A stretch of DNA of 64,000 nucleotides from Octopus vulgaris (Eukaryota). Shown in pieces: positions 26,809 to 41,249 of the stretch. The DNA is taken from contig OX597825.1 in assembly GCA_951406725.2 (NCBI GenBank), forward strand, positions 4,216,001-4,280,000. Reading direction: 5' to 3'. Numbering within the stretch: the stretch's first letter is position 1; the number at the start of each line of letters is the position of its first letter. Position numbers and translations under genes: made by a program. The notes under the pieces were generated by a model. That model worked only from the letters and a program-made list of their open reading frames with translations. It made no database searches and had not been told where the DNA came from.

Positions 26809-26921
26809 TGTGAGAGAGACTCATCATCTGAAGTAAACGAGGTTCAAAATATTTGAAATTTCTGCATAATTATATAGGATTTGAAAATAAATTGTACTAC
26901 ACATACGCAAACATATACAAA

Positions 26922-27305
26922 TGTGTGGTAAGTAGCTTGCTTACCAACTACATGGTTCTTGGTTCAGTCCCACTGCGTGGCCCCTTGGGCAAGTGTCTTC
27001 TGCTGTAGCTTCGGGCCGATCAAAGCGTTGTGAAAGGATTTGGTAGGCAGAAACTGAAAGAAGCCCATCGTATATATATATGTATACATGTTAGTGTGTG
27101 TGTGTGTGTGTGTGCTTATCTCCCCACAATCGCTTGACAACCAATGTTGGTGTGTTTACGTCCCTGTCACTTCGCGGTTCGGCACAAAAAGTCCGAGAGA
27201 ATCAGTACTAGGTTTACAAAGAATAAGTCCTGGTGTCAGTTTGCTCGACTAAAGGCGGTGTTCCAGCATGACCGCAATCAAATGCGTGGAACTTGTAAAA
27301 GAATA
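26922..27305 (+). mobile_element. tRNA-derived SINE (2956-3359 family)
   Basis: tgtgtggtaagtagcttgc...GGTTCAGTCCCactgcgtggc...ttgacaacc..tggtgtgtttacgtc...ccagcatgaccgca. Confidence 0.85.
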
Positions 27306-27328
27306 CAATATTCACATCAATTACAGTT

Positions 27329-27428
27329 GATGGATAATTGTTCTCATCTTGTTTGTTGTTAACACAACGTTTCGTCAACTATAAGTAAATAATGTACGTA
27401 ATTCCTTATCTCTTAAATATAGAACTCT
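27329..27428. mobile_element. Collapsed remnant of the 18872-19193 Penelope-like inverted element
   Basis: ctcatcttgtttgttgttaacacaacgtttcg (left-arm sequence) is joined to gtaaataatgtacgtaattccttatctcttaaatatagaac (right tail). Confidence 0.7.
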
Positions 27429-27465
27429 ATTATGTAACAGAATGTATATTCAGTTATTTTTTTAA

Positions 27466-27812
27466 TTCTTTTATTTGTTTCAGTCATTTGACTGCGGCTA
27501 TGCTGGAGCACTGCATCTAGCCGAGCAAATCGAATCCAGGACTGACTTATTCATTGTAAGTCTAGTACTTAATCTATCGGCCTCTTTTGCCGAACCGTGA
27601 AGTGGATGTGGCGTAAACACACCAACATCGGTTGTCAAGCGATGTTAGGGAGACAAACACGCACATACACACACAAACATATACACATATATATATACGA
27701 CGGGCGTCTTTCAGTTTCCGTCTACCAAATCCATTCACAAGGCTTTGGTCGGCCCGTGGCTACAGTAGAAGACACTTGCCAAAGGTGACACGCATTGGGA
27801 CTGAACCCGGAA
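27466..27812 (-). mobile_element. tRNA-derived SINE (2956-3359 family), 5' truncated
   Basis: tttcagtcatttgactgcggc...ttcagtttccgtctaccaaatcc...gggactgaacccgg. Confidence 0.85.
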
Positions 27813-27872
27813 GAATTTCGTCGAGAAACAGCCTTCGTATCTCAGAGCTATTCCTGCATATCTATACATATA

Positions 27873-28590
27873 CAGAGTGGTGTGTATAAACTAAATTACG
27901 GAAAAATGAAAATAATAGATATATTTACCAAAATTACAAAATTACGTTAAAGTATCTTCATGTACAAACGAGCAACTGTACTCAATAAGATCCTCATTGG
28001 CTTCAACCACGGCCTCCAGATGACTTCAAAATCTCCTGCGACTCTTCTGGACATTATCCGTGTTTCAGTTCGTGGATGCTGTCATAATCGTTTCCTTCAG
28101 TTCATCTTTTGCGTTAGAACGAATTGTTTTTGGTCTCTCGTTCAACTACGCCCCACACATATTAGTCCAGGGGCTTTCTGTCTGGGGAGTTGTGTGGGCA
28201 GAGGTTAGGGTGATGTTGTCGCAGAAATCATCTGACAGCCATGACTGGGTTCTCCTGCTCGTGTGGCCTGGTGCAGAGTCTTGTTGCCAGTCATAGCGTC
28301 TTCCAGCAGTCACCCTCTCGACCCAGGGTAGAACTATCTCCTATACGCACTTGATGTACGCCACCGTATTGAGTCCTCAGATCGACACCCAAACATTCCG
28401 AAGTGTTCGTATTGGAGATTCCTGCGCCAATGCCAAGCAGTAGAGCATGTCGTTTCCGAAGTTCTGCCAGAGTTAATTGCATCATCATGCTGTTTTTCTC
28501 ACAAATGTTGCCCAATAGTCCCTACTATACTGTGTAGCCGCCAAAACCAAAAACAACCAACGCATGAAATGAAAACTATAATATGGCGAC
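27873..28590 (-). mobile_element. Internally deleted Tc1/mariner (maT/DD37D-like) transposon remnant
   Basis: Minus-strand translation of about 28335-27990: LPWVERVTAGRRYDWQQDSAPGHTSRRTQSWLSDDFCD...NAKDELKETIM...RF*SHLEAVVEANEDLIE, with frameshifts around the SPD-like motif. Confidence 0.8.
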
Positions 28591-28608
28591 AATTTACACA
28601 TAGAACGT

Positions 28609-28640
<32 letters not shown>

Positions 28641-29482
28641 GGGAGAGAGAGAGAGAGACAGACAGACAGAGAGACAGACAGAGGGGTGGTAACAAATTTG
28701 TATGAAAACAACATGGTTCTATATTCAATTCCACTACATGGTGCCGTGGGTTGGCAAGTGTGTTCTGTTATAACCTAGGGCTGACCAAATGTTTGTGAGT
28801 GGATTTGATAGTCAGAAAGTGAAAGGCACGGGAGTCGATTCCGTTGAAAGCGTGCCACAGTATGGCCGCAGTATAAAAACTGATACCAACAAAATACGAA
28901 AGATGACACAAAAGCATAATACTATAATATTCCTTATAGAGACGAAATAATCTAGTTTACCTTTGAAGATCTTTTCATCAATTCAAATCTAACGTGAGGA
29001 TTTTTTTAGGACTATCTTTCAGATAATGTAGATAATTACAATGCACGCAAATCATGAGAGCACCAGTAATTGGATGTAGAACTACATTTAAAGACAAGTA
29101 TTTTCTTCTTTCTTTTAAAGTAGGACAAAGAGAGAAAGTTTCGGAATACATAAGCGTGAAAGAAATATAATCAAAATTAAACAAATATAACGAAAACTTT
29201 AGATCGTTTGTTGTAAACAGATCAGTGAAACGCATGTATTCGAAGATGAATGACAGATTAGATATTTGGAATGTGATTAGGACAAACGGGATTATATATA
29301 ATAAATATATTGAAACAGAAGTGTATAGTATTTAGTTTTCTTGCTTGTAAGTGGATGAGACATTGTGACGCAATGCATGTGAACGCAAAGATACAAATCA
29401 TTGAAGCGTTCATCACTGGAGAACAAATTTTTGTTTACGTCGTCTAGGTTTACAAAACATTCAGTATTCATGAATGGAAAGG

Positions 29483-29516
29483 ATATTCACGTTTCGACAT
29501 GAGTCTCATCAGATAG
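29483..29516 (-). ncRNA. Minimal hammerhead-like core
   Basis: UAU-CUGAUGA-GAC(UCAU)GUC-GAA-ACGU-G-AAUA. Canonical core, perfect stem II and ACGU palindrome, but G at the cleavage position and a weak stem I. Confidence 0.55.
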
Positions 29517-30528
29517 AGGTAACCGGACTAAGTAATCTGACAAGTGCCGATTGGTTTGTTCGTAATTTTGGCGAAGCGTTTCTTCGCTGACCCTTGTTAT
29601 TATGTGCTAGCTGCAAAGAAATCGTTATTGAACTGCGAGAAACGAAACGATTCTTTGCCCGTTTATTCCAAATAAGATGTGGCAGAGCCATGCGCAGGTA
29701 TACCAAGACGTATTGTGATCCACCCTGGAGAGAAGTTTCTCCCTTGTGAGGTGTATGTATTCTTAACACATATCATTCATTATGGTAAGAACTTCTGTTG
29801 CAAACAGAGTACTCACAGAATTTAAATATTTTGTTGCTTCACAAATTAATGACGTTTTCCATTTTTTTTAAAAATATACATCATATTACTGTTTGATTAA
29901 TACAACAATTCTACGTGAAAACCTTAGAAGAGAGATAGTATATGTAATCAGCTAAGGTGTCGACCCATATTTCTGTGGCTCTGAACCGTGAACTCTGAAA
30001 ATAGCGAAGTCCTCATTCAGGAAAAAATGGGCAATATTCAAAAAGTTCTCAGAACCTTGCTATGTATGTAAGAACCTTGAGGTCCAACTGGGTTCTCACC
30101 TGCCGTATCCAAATGTCCCCTGGGTTAGAGAGAGCCCTCGCGTTTTTGTATTGTCACTGATTTCCCTGCTGTGTGGTTGGACATTTACTGGAATAGATGT
30201 TAACAAAGATGACAATATAAAAGAATCTGACATCTTTTGGTATTTAGAAAATTTCATCAATCGCTTGTCCGCCTCGTAAATTAATAGCGCCAATTTTCTG
30301 CAGTTGGATAATTTGTTGCCTATATAGACAGATTGGCTCTCTGATTCTCTGCGATTGGTCAAACTGATGGAAACTCCTCTGGTGAGGTCCCAATGGACAT
30401 TGTTCGGGGCTGACCCTCATAACATTTTTTCGATCTCTACGAAGAAGTAGCTGAACATTTCCCAGTGCATAACTGGTATATTGATCATAAATATGTATAT
30501 GAAGGTTGATATATTTATATATATACAA

Positions 30529-30729
<201 letters not shown>

Positions 30730-31047
30730 CTGGAAAATATTCAGTATAATATTACCTGCAGGAATAGCAATTTGTACTAACGCGAACTTACATAATGCTA
30801 CCTACTAATTTATGCAATTGCCCTCGTATTCGGAATGACGATGTTATCGAATCACGTGTACTGAAACAACGATCGTTTTATTTTTGATTGTATATGTGTG
30901 TCTATGTGTGTGTGTGTGTGTAAAGAGAGAAAGAGAGGGAGAGAGATATATAAAGAGAAGAGAGAGAGATATATATAAAGAGAAGAGAGAGAGAGAGTTA
31001 GTTAGTGTGATAGATAGATATATAGATATATATATATAGATAGATAT

Positions 31048-31147
<100 letters not shown>

Positions 31148-31459
31148 GAGTTTACGAAAAGCTTTTGAGAAACTAATGCAAACAGAATTCTTGTTGGAAT
31201 TAAACATGATCCTAAAATGCTCCGAGAAGCAGATTAACTCGACCCTTCTGGAGATATAAAAATTCTATGTAAAAGAGCTTTCGGCTATTTGCAGCTTTTC
31301 AAACGCGAATCATAAACATTGTTTTTTTACTGTTCGTTTGAAAATCTGAAATCGTTCAAAAGTACTTGCACACAAATATCCACATCATAGCTTCCATATG
31401 CTTTTGCGGGTTAAGCTATATTTGACATATTTTTTTTAAATTTCAAAATATACCAACTT

Positions 31460-31493
<34 letters not shown>

Positions 31494-31658
31494 ATGACAA
31501 GATATCTGTGTTTATATTTATGAAAGTGTTTTCTTTGAGAGTCATTGGGTATATCAACATATGCGTGTTTGACTCGATCAAGTATGTATTTGTGTATATA
31601 ATTTCACTGGGATGAGTTTGTTTATGTGTGTATGTGTGTATGTATTTGTGTTTAAGCA

Positions 31659-31711
<53 letters not shown>

Positions 31712-33751
31712 GTCTGTAGCTATTAAACTCGGAGAAAATGAAAGAAATGGAACATGATATTTATGGCACACATTATCAAGTTTACATTTTCGTACACATA
31801 AATGTGGAACAAGCACAAATATAAACCATACCATGTGATACTATAGTCTGCCTTAGTATAAAATCATCTTAGTCTTAAGTAACACAGTGCGCATTGCAGG
31901 TCAGCACCGTCACTTCCCATTTCCTTTCATCGTTATTGCCATACTCCAATACCGACACTAAACCGTATAAAGAGAAATCTTTCCTCAGAAGTGCAAATCT
32001 GTGTCTCGTTCATTTTATTCAGATTTCTTGATGAGCGTTCGGAAGCCATGCAGTTAAATATAATGAAAACTTCATTGGGGTTTACCAAGCGGTAGAAAGT
32101 ATAAAGTTACGAACAGCTCACTCTGCTACCAACATAGTACAAACTTTGTAGTTTCCCTCGTTCCCTATCTTTGTATTTCACCTCCAAACATACATGCATA
32201 CATAAATGCATACATACATATAGACATACCTACATACACATACCTACATACATAAATTCAGACAGGCATACGTACACAAACACAAACATTCATAAAAATA
32301 TCTGTGTAAGTATGAAGGTATACATACACATACACAATAAATTGATCCTCATAAAATAGGCAATAAACCACAAAGCTGTGTGTACTCTCACATATGACTT
32401 TACGTGTTTATACATACATGTAAACGTATATACAGACAATGTAATAGGTATACATTCACACATATGTCGACGAGTGTTTATTTATCTATGTATATAAGTA
32501 TAAGATTTTCTTGGTGTTATTATAGCGGTGCCTGGGAAACCATACATGTTATGATCCATGATACAATGAAAGCTACCGCTTCAAAGATTTTCTCGAAAAT
32601 ATTTTCTTTTACCTGAAAGTTTCCTTTCAACATTGCACACTTTGATGTTGCTGAAATCTATATAAATATGTGCGTTCGTGCCATTCTTTGCTTGTAAGTG
32701 TGTTTATAACAATAAACGAATACACACAGAACTACACATCCTTATATACAGGCATCATTCAGTTATACATATATATATATAGATAGATATATATATATAT
32801 ATGTGTGTGTGTGTATGTGTGTGTGTGCGTGTGTGTATGTGTGTGTGTGTGTGTGTATAAACCCCAGATGTACGCACAATTATTTGGCGAACGATTTTCA
32901 TAAACAGTCTGTTTTATATTTAATGTAGGCACCGAAAAATATAAGAAATACAACAAATAAAACTAACCTCGTTAAACCATCCAGATTTCGTTGCAGACAT
33001 TTTAAAAAGCACATTATCACAACAAATATGCTCTACTGAAATCTATACACACGCCTATACACACGCCCACACACGCACACACATACACACACACACACAC
33101 ACATATATAAGACTACATATGCATATGTTGATACGGTGTTTTCAATCCGTCTGTTTAGTATAATTAATGTGGTTTATTGGCCGACGACAGTTCCGCTTTT
33201 CGTAGTCTATTACTTGACGCTTGAGAATAGATTCGGTATTATATTGACATATTCTAACCTCGACATATTGAATTCCTCTCATCTTAACTCTCTCATTCTC
33301 TGTCTGCTAGCCGCGATGTAAATCATGATGAGGTTACTGCTCCACAGCTGTCCACATTGCACACACTATTTCAGGTTTTGTTAACTTACAATGCTGCATA
33401 ATACGGATAGTTACTCGGCATTTCATACAAATATATGAAAAGCTGCAAAGTCATACATCCGAAAATATTGATAATTTTCAATTTAAAACCACTTAATTTT
33501 CAGTATATAACTTATACACAAATACATACGCTTTTATACACCCATAGCACTGCAGCGCTCAGAGCTTCTGTTTAATTCACAAACTGCATCGAAATCACGG
33601 CAGGGTATATTGTAGAGTGACATAATGCAAATTCACAAATCTCGAAAATATTCCTACATAAAATATCCTCTAAGTATTTATAAACATACACATAGATATC
33701 CTTTATAGTTGATGTTGATTGCCGCTTCTATTTATAAACCTCTGTTCCTGA

Positions 33752-33790
<39 letters not shown>

Positions 33791-33866
33791 TATGTATGTA
33801 TGTATATTTTTATATATGTATATTTTTATATATGTATATGTATATCTATATGTGTATCGATATATG

Positions 33867-33905
<39 letters not shown>

Positions 33906-34299
33906 ATGTGTGTGTGTGTTTATACATATATATGTGTGTGTGTATAGTAGGTATCCGTATCGAACCCATATACATATTCTTTCATCTACCTTCTAAAAAG
34001 TTTGTATATACATGTGTGTAAGTGTGTGTATGTGTGCCTGTGTATGTATAGACATATATAAGCTTCTAACTTTCTAAATATTTTTTTACTGTTTATATCA
34101 ATATTAATATAAGTATAGCCGACATACACGCTGCTATGTATATTTTTATACATCTACACGTTTATATATACACACATATGTGTAAATAGTAAGAAAAGAT
34201 ACATGTATACAGATCTATACATCCGCATATATACACTTCTTACGTACATCCGTACTATTATAAAGCCAGAGTAGAAATAGTGTAATAAAGCAAAATAAA

Positions 34300-34345
<46 letters not shown>

Positions 34346-34667
34346 GTATATGCGCACATGCACATTTGTTATATACATACATTTTCTAAACGCAGAAGCA
34401 AGATAGAATAAAATTAGAAAAATAAAAATTTACATGCATTTATATACATATGCATATATACATATATTGTCTTTCGCTTGGTTAGCAATCACTTCGTATC
34501 TTGTAAAATAATGCCATTAAGCGAATATGTGCTGTTTGTAAGACTCTTTCAAATATGAAATCATTTCTTACTAATTATATATATATAAATGCGTCTTTGC
34601 GTGTGCAAGAGCGCACGCACGTGTGTTTGATTGTGTGGGCCTGACCGCTTACATACATACACACACC

Positions 34668-34702
<35 letters not shown>

Positions 34703-35053
34703 GCATACATGCATATATATATATATATATATATATATGTGCATACATACATATATACATACATATATATATGATATACATTACATAGATAGGCACAAAG
34801 GAAGATATATGTATCGAGAGTAATTTTGGGGCAAATCCAAAATATATACAATTTTCACACATTTCAACAATTTCCCAATTATTTCAATTTAAAAAGAATC
34901 TTTCTTAAGTTTCCTTTTTGAAAGTTTCATTAAAATCGCTCTCTGAACATCCATATCTTTCACGATATTTGAAAATGTTTGTGTAACTTCAGTGTCTGCA
35001 TAATTCGTTATCATTTCCCTCCACATCGCGTTTCCGATCTTCGTAACGTTAGT

Positions 35054-35933
35054 TACGAGATGTACCCAAAAGTAAACGGAAACCTTCCCTGTGGGACAAA
35101 GCCCCTTGTAGTTCAGGATTCCGCCACAAGACGCCACTTGATTCTGCCCTCATGTATCAGTCTACCAACCGGCGTTGGGTATTGCGGTCTTACGACCACA
35201 TTGTGTGTCTTTGTTTTGCAGTACTTCTCCCCTCTTCGTCGATTTTTGCGATGGCTGAAGCGAATGAACTGCGTGCTTCCATGAAATTCTGTTCTCTGCT
35301 GGGGAAAACGGCGGCCAATACAGTTCTCATTCATCGAACAGTTTACAAAGACGCTGCTATGAGCAAAGCACAAGTGTATGCGTAGTTTTCACGCTCTAAG
35401 AATGGTTATTAATCTCTTTCACGGCGACATCAAAGCTTCTGAAATAATGAAAACATCATGAAAATTTATGAACTGATCTTGAAAGACTGTTACCGAACAA
35501 TTGACGGATTTGTTGATATGACTGGTGTGTCCAGGAGCTCCTGCCAATGAATTTTGAGTAAGGAATTGCGAATGGAAAGTGTTGCAGCAAAATTCGAGTT
35601 TCATTTGCTGACGGAAGATGAAAACCATCATGACTGAATGCGTGTGGAGAACTGGAAGAACAGTCTCGATGTTGTTCCGGACCTTTCTTCGAAGGTCATC
35701 ATTGAGGACGAAACCTGGTACCACGGAATTTGCAAATGTGGAAAGGCGAAGAAAAAAACGATGGATGCGTTAAAAGGCATCACTTCGCATGCGTTCTGGC
35801 ACTGCTTCGAAGAGTACCGACGCGTTGCTGCAAATGGAGAATACTTTGAGACGATAAAATTGTGACCGTGTGAAAGGAAGTGAATTGAATAATATTGCGA
35901 AATTCTGGTTTCTTTTAGGTACCCCTTCGGGTA
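35054..35933 (+). mobile_element. Internally deleted mariner (DD34D-type) element with degenerate TIRs
   Basis: Left TIR tacgagatgtacccaaaagtaaacgg; right end ctggtttcttttaggtaccccttcgggta. Peptides MAEANELRASMKFCSLLGKTA..MSKAQVY (HTH), VAAKF, KVIIEDETW (first D), RVAANGEYFE. Confidence 0.85.
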
Positions 35934-36549
35934 TACATATGTAATTATATGCAGGATCCAATAGAATCAAGCTATTTTAATAATAATATAGGGTCAAGAA
36001 AAGGACAATGTTAGGGTCGCGAAAAGGATAATCTTGTACCAACAGTATAGTTGCACATTCACGCATATATTAGTGTGTACAGGTCTTCTCCTAACACTTA
36101 CGTACACATGCACATGATCGGGTCAATATACTCATAGAGATAAGCATACATATATATGTAAGATCGCATCGGACGTACTCCGTCTGGCAGTTTCACGTAC
36201 TACTGCAAGTTCTAGATCCAACGTAGGGAAGGTTCCGCTTGTGTTGTAAAATAATTAAGAGCACACTACATGTGCTTCAGATGCGGTTTTTATTCATCAG
36301 CAAGTGAGTGAATTATATCGGGAATAAAACGGTTTTTTCATGATATAATTGATTTGTTCATGAATAAAAAAAAAATACACGTCTGAAATAGATATAGTTA
36401 ACCTGAGCCCATTTGTGTTCTTACTTTTAAGGAAAGGGAAAATAAGAAAGCTTCTAACAGAGCAAAAAGATTTACAAAAACCGTTATATTTCAGATGCAA
36501 AGGCCGATCCTCAGAATGAGCCATCCTTACTCTTCTCTCTGGAGGATGG

Positions 36550-37820
36550 GCATTGTAAAAGCTTTAACTTTCCCCCTCTTCTTTTTCTACAATGCTTCAA
36601 GCGAACTAAATAAAACATTAACATTGTATTTCCAAACCTAAATACCTATATACACTATAAACGAGGCTTATGTGACAATAGAAGATATTAGACAAACCTG
36701 TCAGAATTCAAACGTATGATTTTATTAATAATATGCCTGAACATATTAACCTGATCATTCAAAGCTTGATGAAACAACTGTTCTTCACCATTTATATACT
36801 TCTCGGTAGAATTTGTTTGCCTTTCAGCGCTATTGAACACTTTCCTATTGGACGGTGCCATTTCTTTGTTCTTCAAGCTATACCCATCCAATTCTCACAA
36901 TTTCTGAGACTCTATTTCGTTTCCATCTCACTACGCGGAATTGCTAGTCTTTAGAGGTTTTTTTCTCAATATTCCTTTTGCAGACAAGTTTTTAACGTTT
37001 CGTCTCCATATTTATGTAACCCAAGAGCATTTTCATTTCTCATTCCCTGAATGTCTTTTGATTATTCTTCAACAGATATTCGTTACACATATATTCGTGT
37101 GGCTCCAGTGTTACCAGGATATTTCTCCCTTAAATACGTTGTTAATGGTTTATTAAAAAAAAATTCTTTTCATCTTATTTGACTCTTTGCATCAGATCTT
37201 TTTAGTTGCCTATAACAAATAAAGTAAATAATAAACCAAGGAATTGGATTTTCACATTTTGCCTATAAACTTATTCATTATTTCCGAAGAAGCGTTTTTC
37301 TTATATCTTCTTCAGATTTCATTTAGAAGAGTTTCCCTCCTTTACTTGAACAACATTCCTCCTCCCTCTTCACTCAGCAATGTTTTACTATTTCTCCTTT
37401 ACGCATATCTCATTCCCTCTTTCAATTTCAACAACTCCTATCATGTCATAAATACATTTCCACGTTTCATCGAAAATATTTCCCCTTCCACCATTACTAT
37501 TTTTTCTCAAAATATCTTTGGATACATTCTGATATCCTTGCTTCGCTTTATTCCTTACTTTTACATCTATGTCGTCAGCCATAGCTTTAAGCACTACAGA
37601 TGATATTTCGATATTCAATTACAAAATTCAGCTTTACATCTATTATATTTAAACTTATCTGCATCGTATCTAATCGTCAGGGCCTTCTTTGCTCCAGCTT
37701 CCAGCTTCAACAGATTTTTCCATATTCCTAACTGACGGTCCCTTCCGATATTTGATTATCGATGTTCTCCAGAGCCTGGCAGCCATTGCATAGAGTGCCA
37801 TCAAAAGGCTGGTTTATCAA
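36550..37820 (-). pseudogene. Heavily decayed L1/Tx1-like reverse transcriptase fragment
   Basis: Minus-strand remnants in order: LLMALYAMA (cf. SPLLYAL), LKAMADDIDV (cf. YADD), NVSK, KIQFLGLLF (cf. KYLG). A-rich coding skew. Confidence 0.45.
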
Positions 37821-38939
37821 AATAATCATGTTTTTGAAACCGAAAACATCCAAGAATAATTATGAATAACGCTGAGTTTGAAGACACACACACACACACA
37901 CACACACACTCTCTCTCTCTCTCTCACTCCCGCTCTCACTCTCTCTCACTCTCTCTCACTCTTTCTCTCACACATACTCTCTCTCTCTCTTTCTCTTACA
38001 CGCACTCTCTTTCTCTCTCGACAAATTTCTAAGATGAAAAAGATGAGATTTAGTATTACATAATTTTCATTAGAATCTCTAATCGCAAATCTGATCCACG
38101 CATTAAGTCATCTCACATTTTATAGCTTAGAAGTGGATACTCAGTTCTATCCTCCAACAATTACTAGGATTAATTTTTTCTATTCATCTGTTGCATAATA
38201 TTTAGGTGCACCACAAACGCAAATATTTAGATTGTAATGATTAGATGAAGGTTCATTAAGCGCATTCCGCAATCAACCACAGATGTTGAAGCGTGTTATT
38301 TAAAATTAAGTCCTTTCACTTCTTCCTATTTTTACCAGAGATTAAAAATGTATTGCTTCTTACGTTGCAATCTTCTGTTTCCCACCAAATTAAATGACCA
38401 TCAAGGACAACATAATTTTGGATTTTCCACTTCTTTCTCTCCACTTTTATCGGCTGCAACATTTTCAAGCTTTCATTTCTCCAATGCGAATGTTGTACAA
38501 TTGCTATTTTAAAAAAGAGCTATTTTTGAAAGATAGCAAAGGCAATCGTATTTCGATAGGTTTGGTGAACTCAGAAGATTTATATCTATATAACTAAATG
38601 ATGTACTGTTATTTCTGCCTGTTAGCACCCCTCACATCTTCACTAAATACTTCGTACTTCGCATCTCTGATATAACGCTTTTATATGATGGAGTGTAATA
38701 GTAAATATCACAGACAGAGAGAAATCTTCTGAACGATGAGCGTATCATCTTCTCTAACAGTTGCATAACTGTTGGCAATCTTTCCTTTACATTCAGAAGA
38801 TATTTGACCCAACGCGTCTTCATGGTGACTGGGTAAGCTGTACAAAATCGTGCACTTGATAAATTAGCATTAAAATTACACTGGAATCTTTCAGTACAAT
38901 TATTTCACAAAGAGTCTTGTATATAAAACATCTGATAGC

Positions 38940-39047
<108 letters not shown>

Positions 39048-40430
39048 GCCTGTCTATCTATCTATCCACCTATATATCTATCAATCTATCTATCTATCTC
39101 ACTATTGTATCTGTCTGTCAGTCTCTCTCTCTATATATATGTGTGTGTGGGTGTGTGTGTGTTTATGTGTGCGTGTCCATGTATATGTAGATAGATAGAT
39201 AGACAAACATATATATGGATATATATGCATGAGTGTGATGTGTGCTTCCATGCATGTGTGTCTATTTGTGTGTGTATGTACATACGTGTGTCTGTGTTTG
39301 TGAGTAGTGTATACATTTTATGCACGAATAACGAAAGAGGCTGAAATATAGTTAAATGGCAAGGTACTTAGAATTATAAAGAGAGTTTTAAATGCATTTA
39401 TGTATGTATGTATGAATAAATGTATGCATGCATATACCTATACTGATGTGTGTGCACGAATAGCTATTACTATGCAAATAAATATACGTATTTATATAAT
39501 AATGATATATAAATATATCTTTGAATTGTCAATATAAACTAAATAGATATGTATATGTCTCTGTACAAGTATGTATTGTGTGTGAGTTTATGTGCGCATG
39601 TGTGAGTGTTCTAGTCGCAGCTACACATATGTATGTATATATAGCTTATATAGACATATTTTTATGTTTATCAGAATTTCGAACATATCTCTGCGTGATT
39701 TATTCATAACTGTAGTGAATATAATCATAAATGTATGAATTATTCCATCCCCAATTGCCTGCTAACAATTCACTGCTTCAGAGAGAATATCTAACTACAC
39801 ATATTAAATTCTTTCGAATATATTCCATTCCATTGAGACATTATTTAAAAGCCATGAACCGGCTTTGTAGAAGGTTACACCGCTAGATTTCTACAGTAAT
39901 TATAATATTCGTGACATCAATTCAACTTATGTCTTTTAAATGGCATGTTTATTCAGAATTTGGAATTATTTACAAATCTAGTTTTTAATGTTCTTAGATA
40001 TTAAATGTTAAATGAGACGGAGCCGACTAAAAGGATACGGTAGACAAGAATTAATATTTTAACTATGCGGCATTCTGTCGTGTCACAAATATTGTGCAGA
40101 AGCCTGAAGTAAACTTTCTGCAACAAGTTCAACCTAAGTGTGATTATAAGCTACAGAGTGGAACTAAAATTGCACTACCATATGGTTTCCACAATTACGA
40201 TTCTGTTGGTAAGTGCGTTACAAAGTCCTCTGCATATCTCATAGCTCATCTCATTTGTTCAAGGCCAAACATTGCAGCACGATCCGAGCATGTTAACTAC
40301 CATGTGACAATCATAAAGACAACAGCTTACCCACTATATACATACATATACACATACGTACATACATGTATACATACATACATGCATACATACATGCATA
40401 TATATATACATATCTTATCTAAATGGAATA

Positions 40431-41215
40431 TACGAAGAGTCAAAAATTATAAGCTCTTGTTTCTTGAATGTGTTTACATTAAAGCAGGGAATAAACAAGT
40501 AATCATTTGTTATATAGTCTCCTTCCTTCCTTTACCAATCTCTGGGTCCAACGATCCCCAAACTTGTGTATTCACCCACCCATCCCCGCAAAACAAAGGA
40601 TTTCGATTGGTCGTACAACCGTTTATGCACTGCTTACTTCACATCTCCATCCGTAGGAAATCGACGACCTCGTAAACCATCTTTAAGCGGTACAAATATA
40701 TGGCAGTCAGGAGGGATGAAATCTAAGTTGTAGGCAGGGTGTTCCAGAACATCAAAGCCCAATTTCTCAATGCTTTCAACGTTATCTGTTGATGTGTATA
40801 TGTGTGCATTGTCATGCAACAACGAAAGTTTCTTTCACAATGCGCTTCAGCGTTTGGTACGAATTTCTGGTTTCAGTTTGTTGACCAGCAAAGCGCTGCA
40901 TCTTACACAGATGATCGTGCACCTCTTTTCCAAGTAGTTCTTCTAGTATAGACCCATTTGAGTCCCCCTAAAAAGGGTTGTATCAACTTTTCCGCGGAAG
41001 ACTGAGTCTTGAAGTTCTTCATCGATCGCGAGCCAGGATGTTTCCACTCCATACTCTGTCATTTGTATTCTGCCTTATAATGAAGGACCCACGTTTCATC
41101 TACTCTGACTATTCTGCTCAAACATTCCTCACCCACCATAATCAATTCTCCTCCTCACCTGCTTCAATAATGGCCAAGATCGTTTCATCTGTAGCAAATA
41201 GCTGGAGTGGGTGTG
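40431..41215 (-). mobile_element. Mariner transposase remnant
   Basis: VDETWVLHY...QSMEWKHPGS..FKTQSSA, LLHDNAH, EHPAYNLDFIPPDCHIFVPLKDGLRGRRF (cf. HPPYSPDLAPSD). TA-CGA-type terminus at 40431. Confidence 0.85.
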
Positions 41216-41249
41216 GACAATATTGTGTGGAGATATATGAAATATTCTT

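Noticed and set aside
40094-40675. 193-aa plus-strand ORF
   Set aside because: Chimera of unique sequence, (CATA)n and the antisense strand of a mariner remnant.
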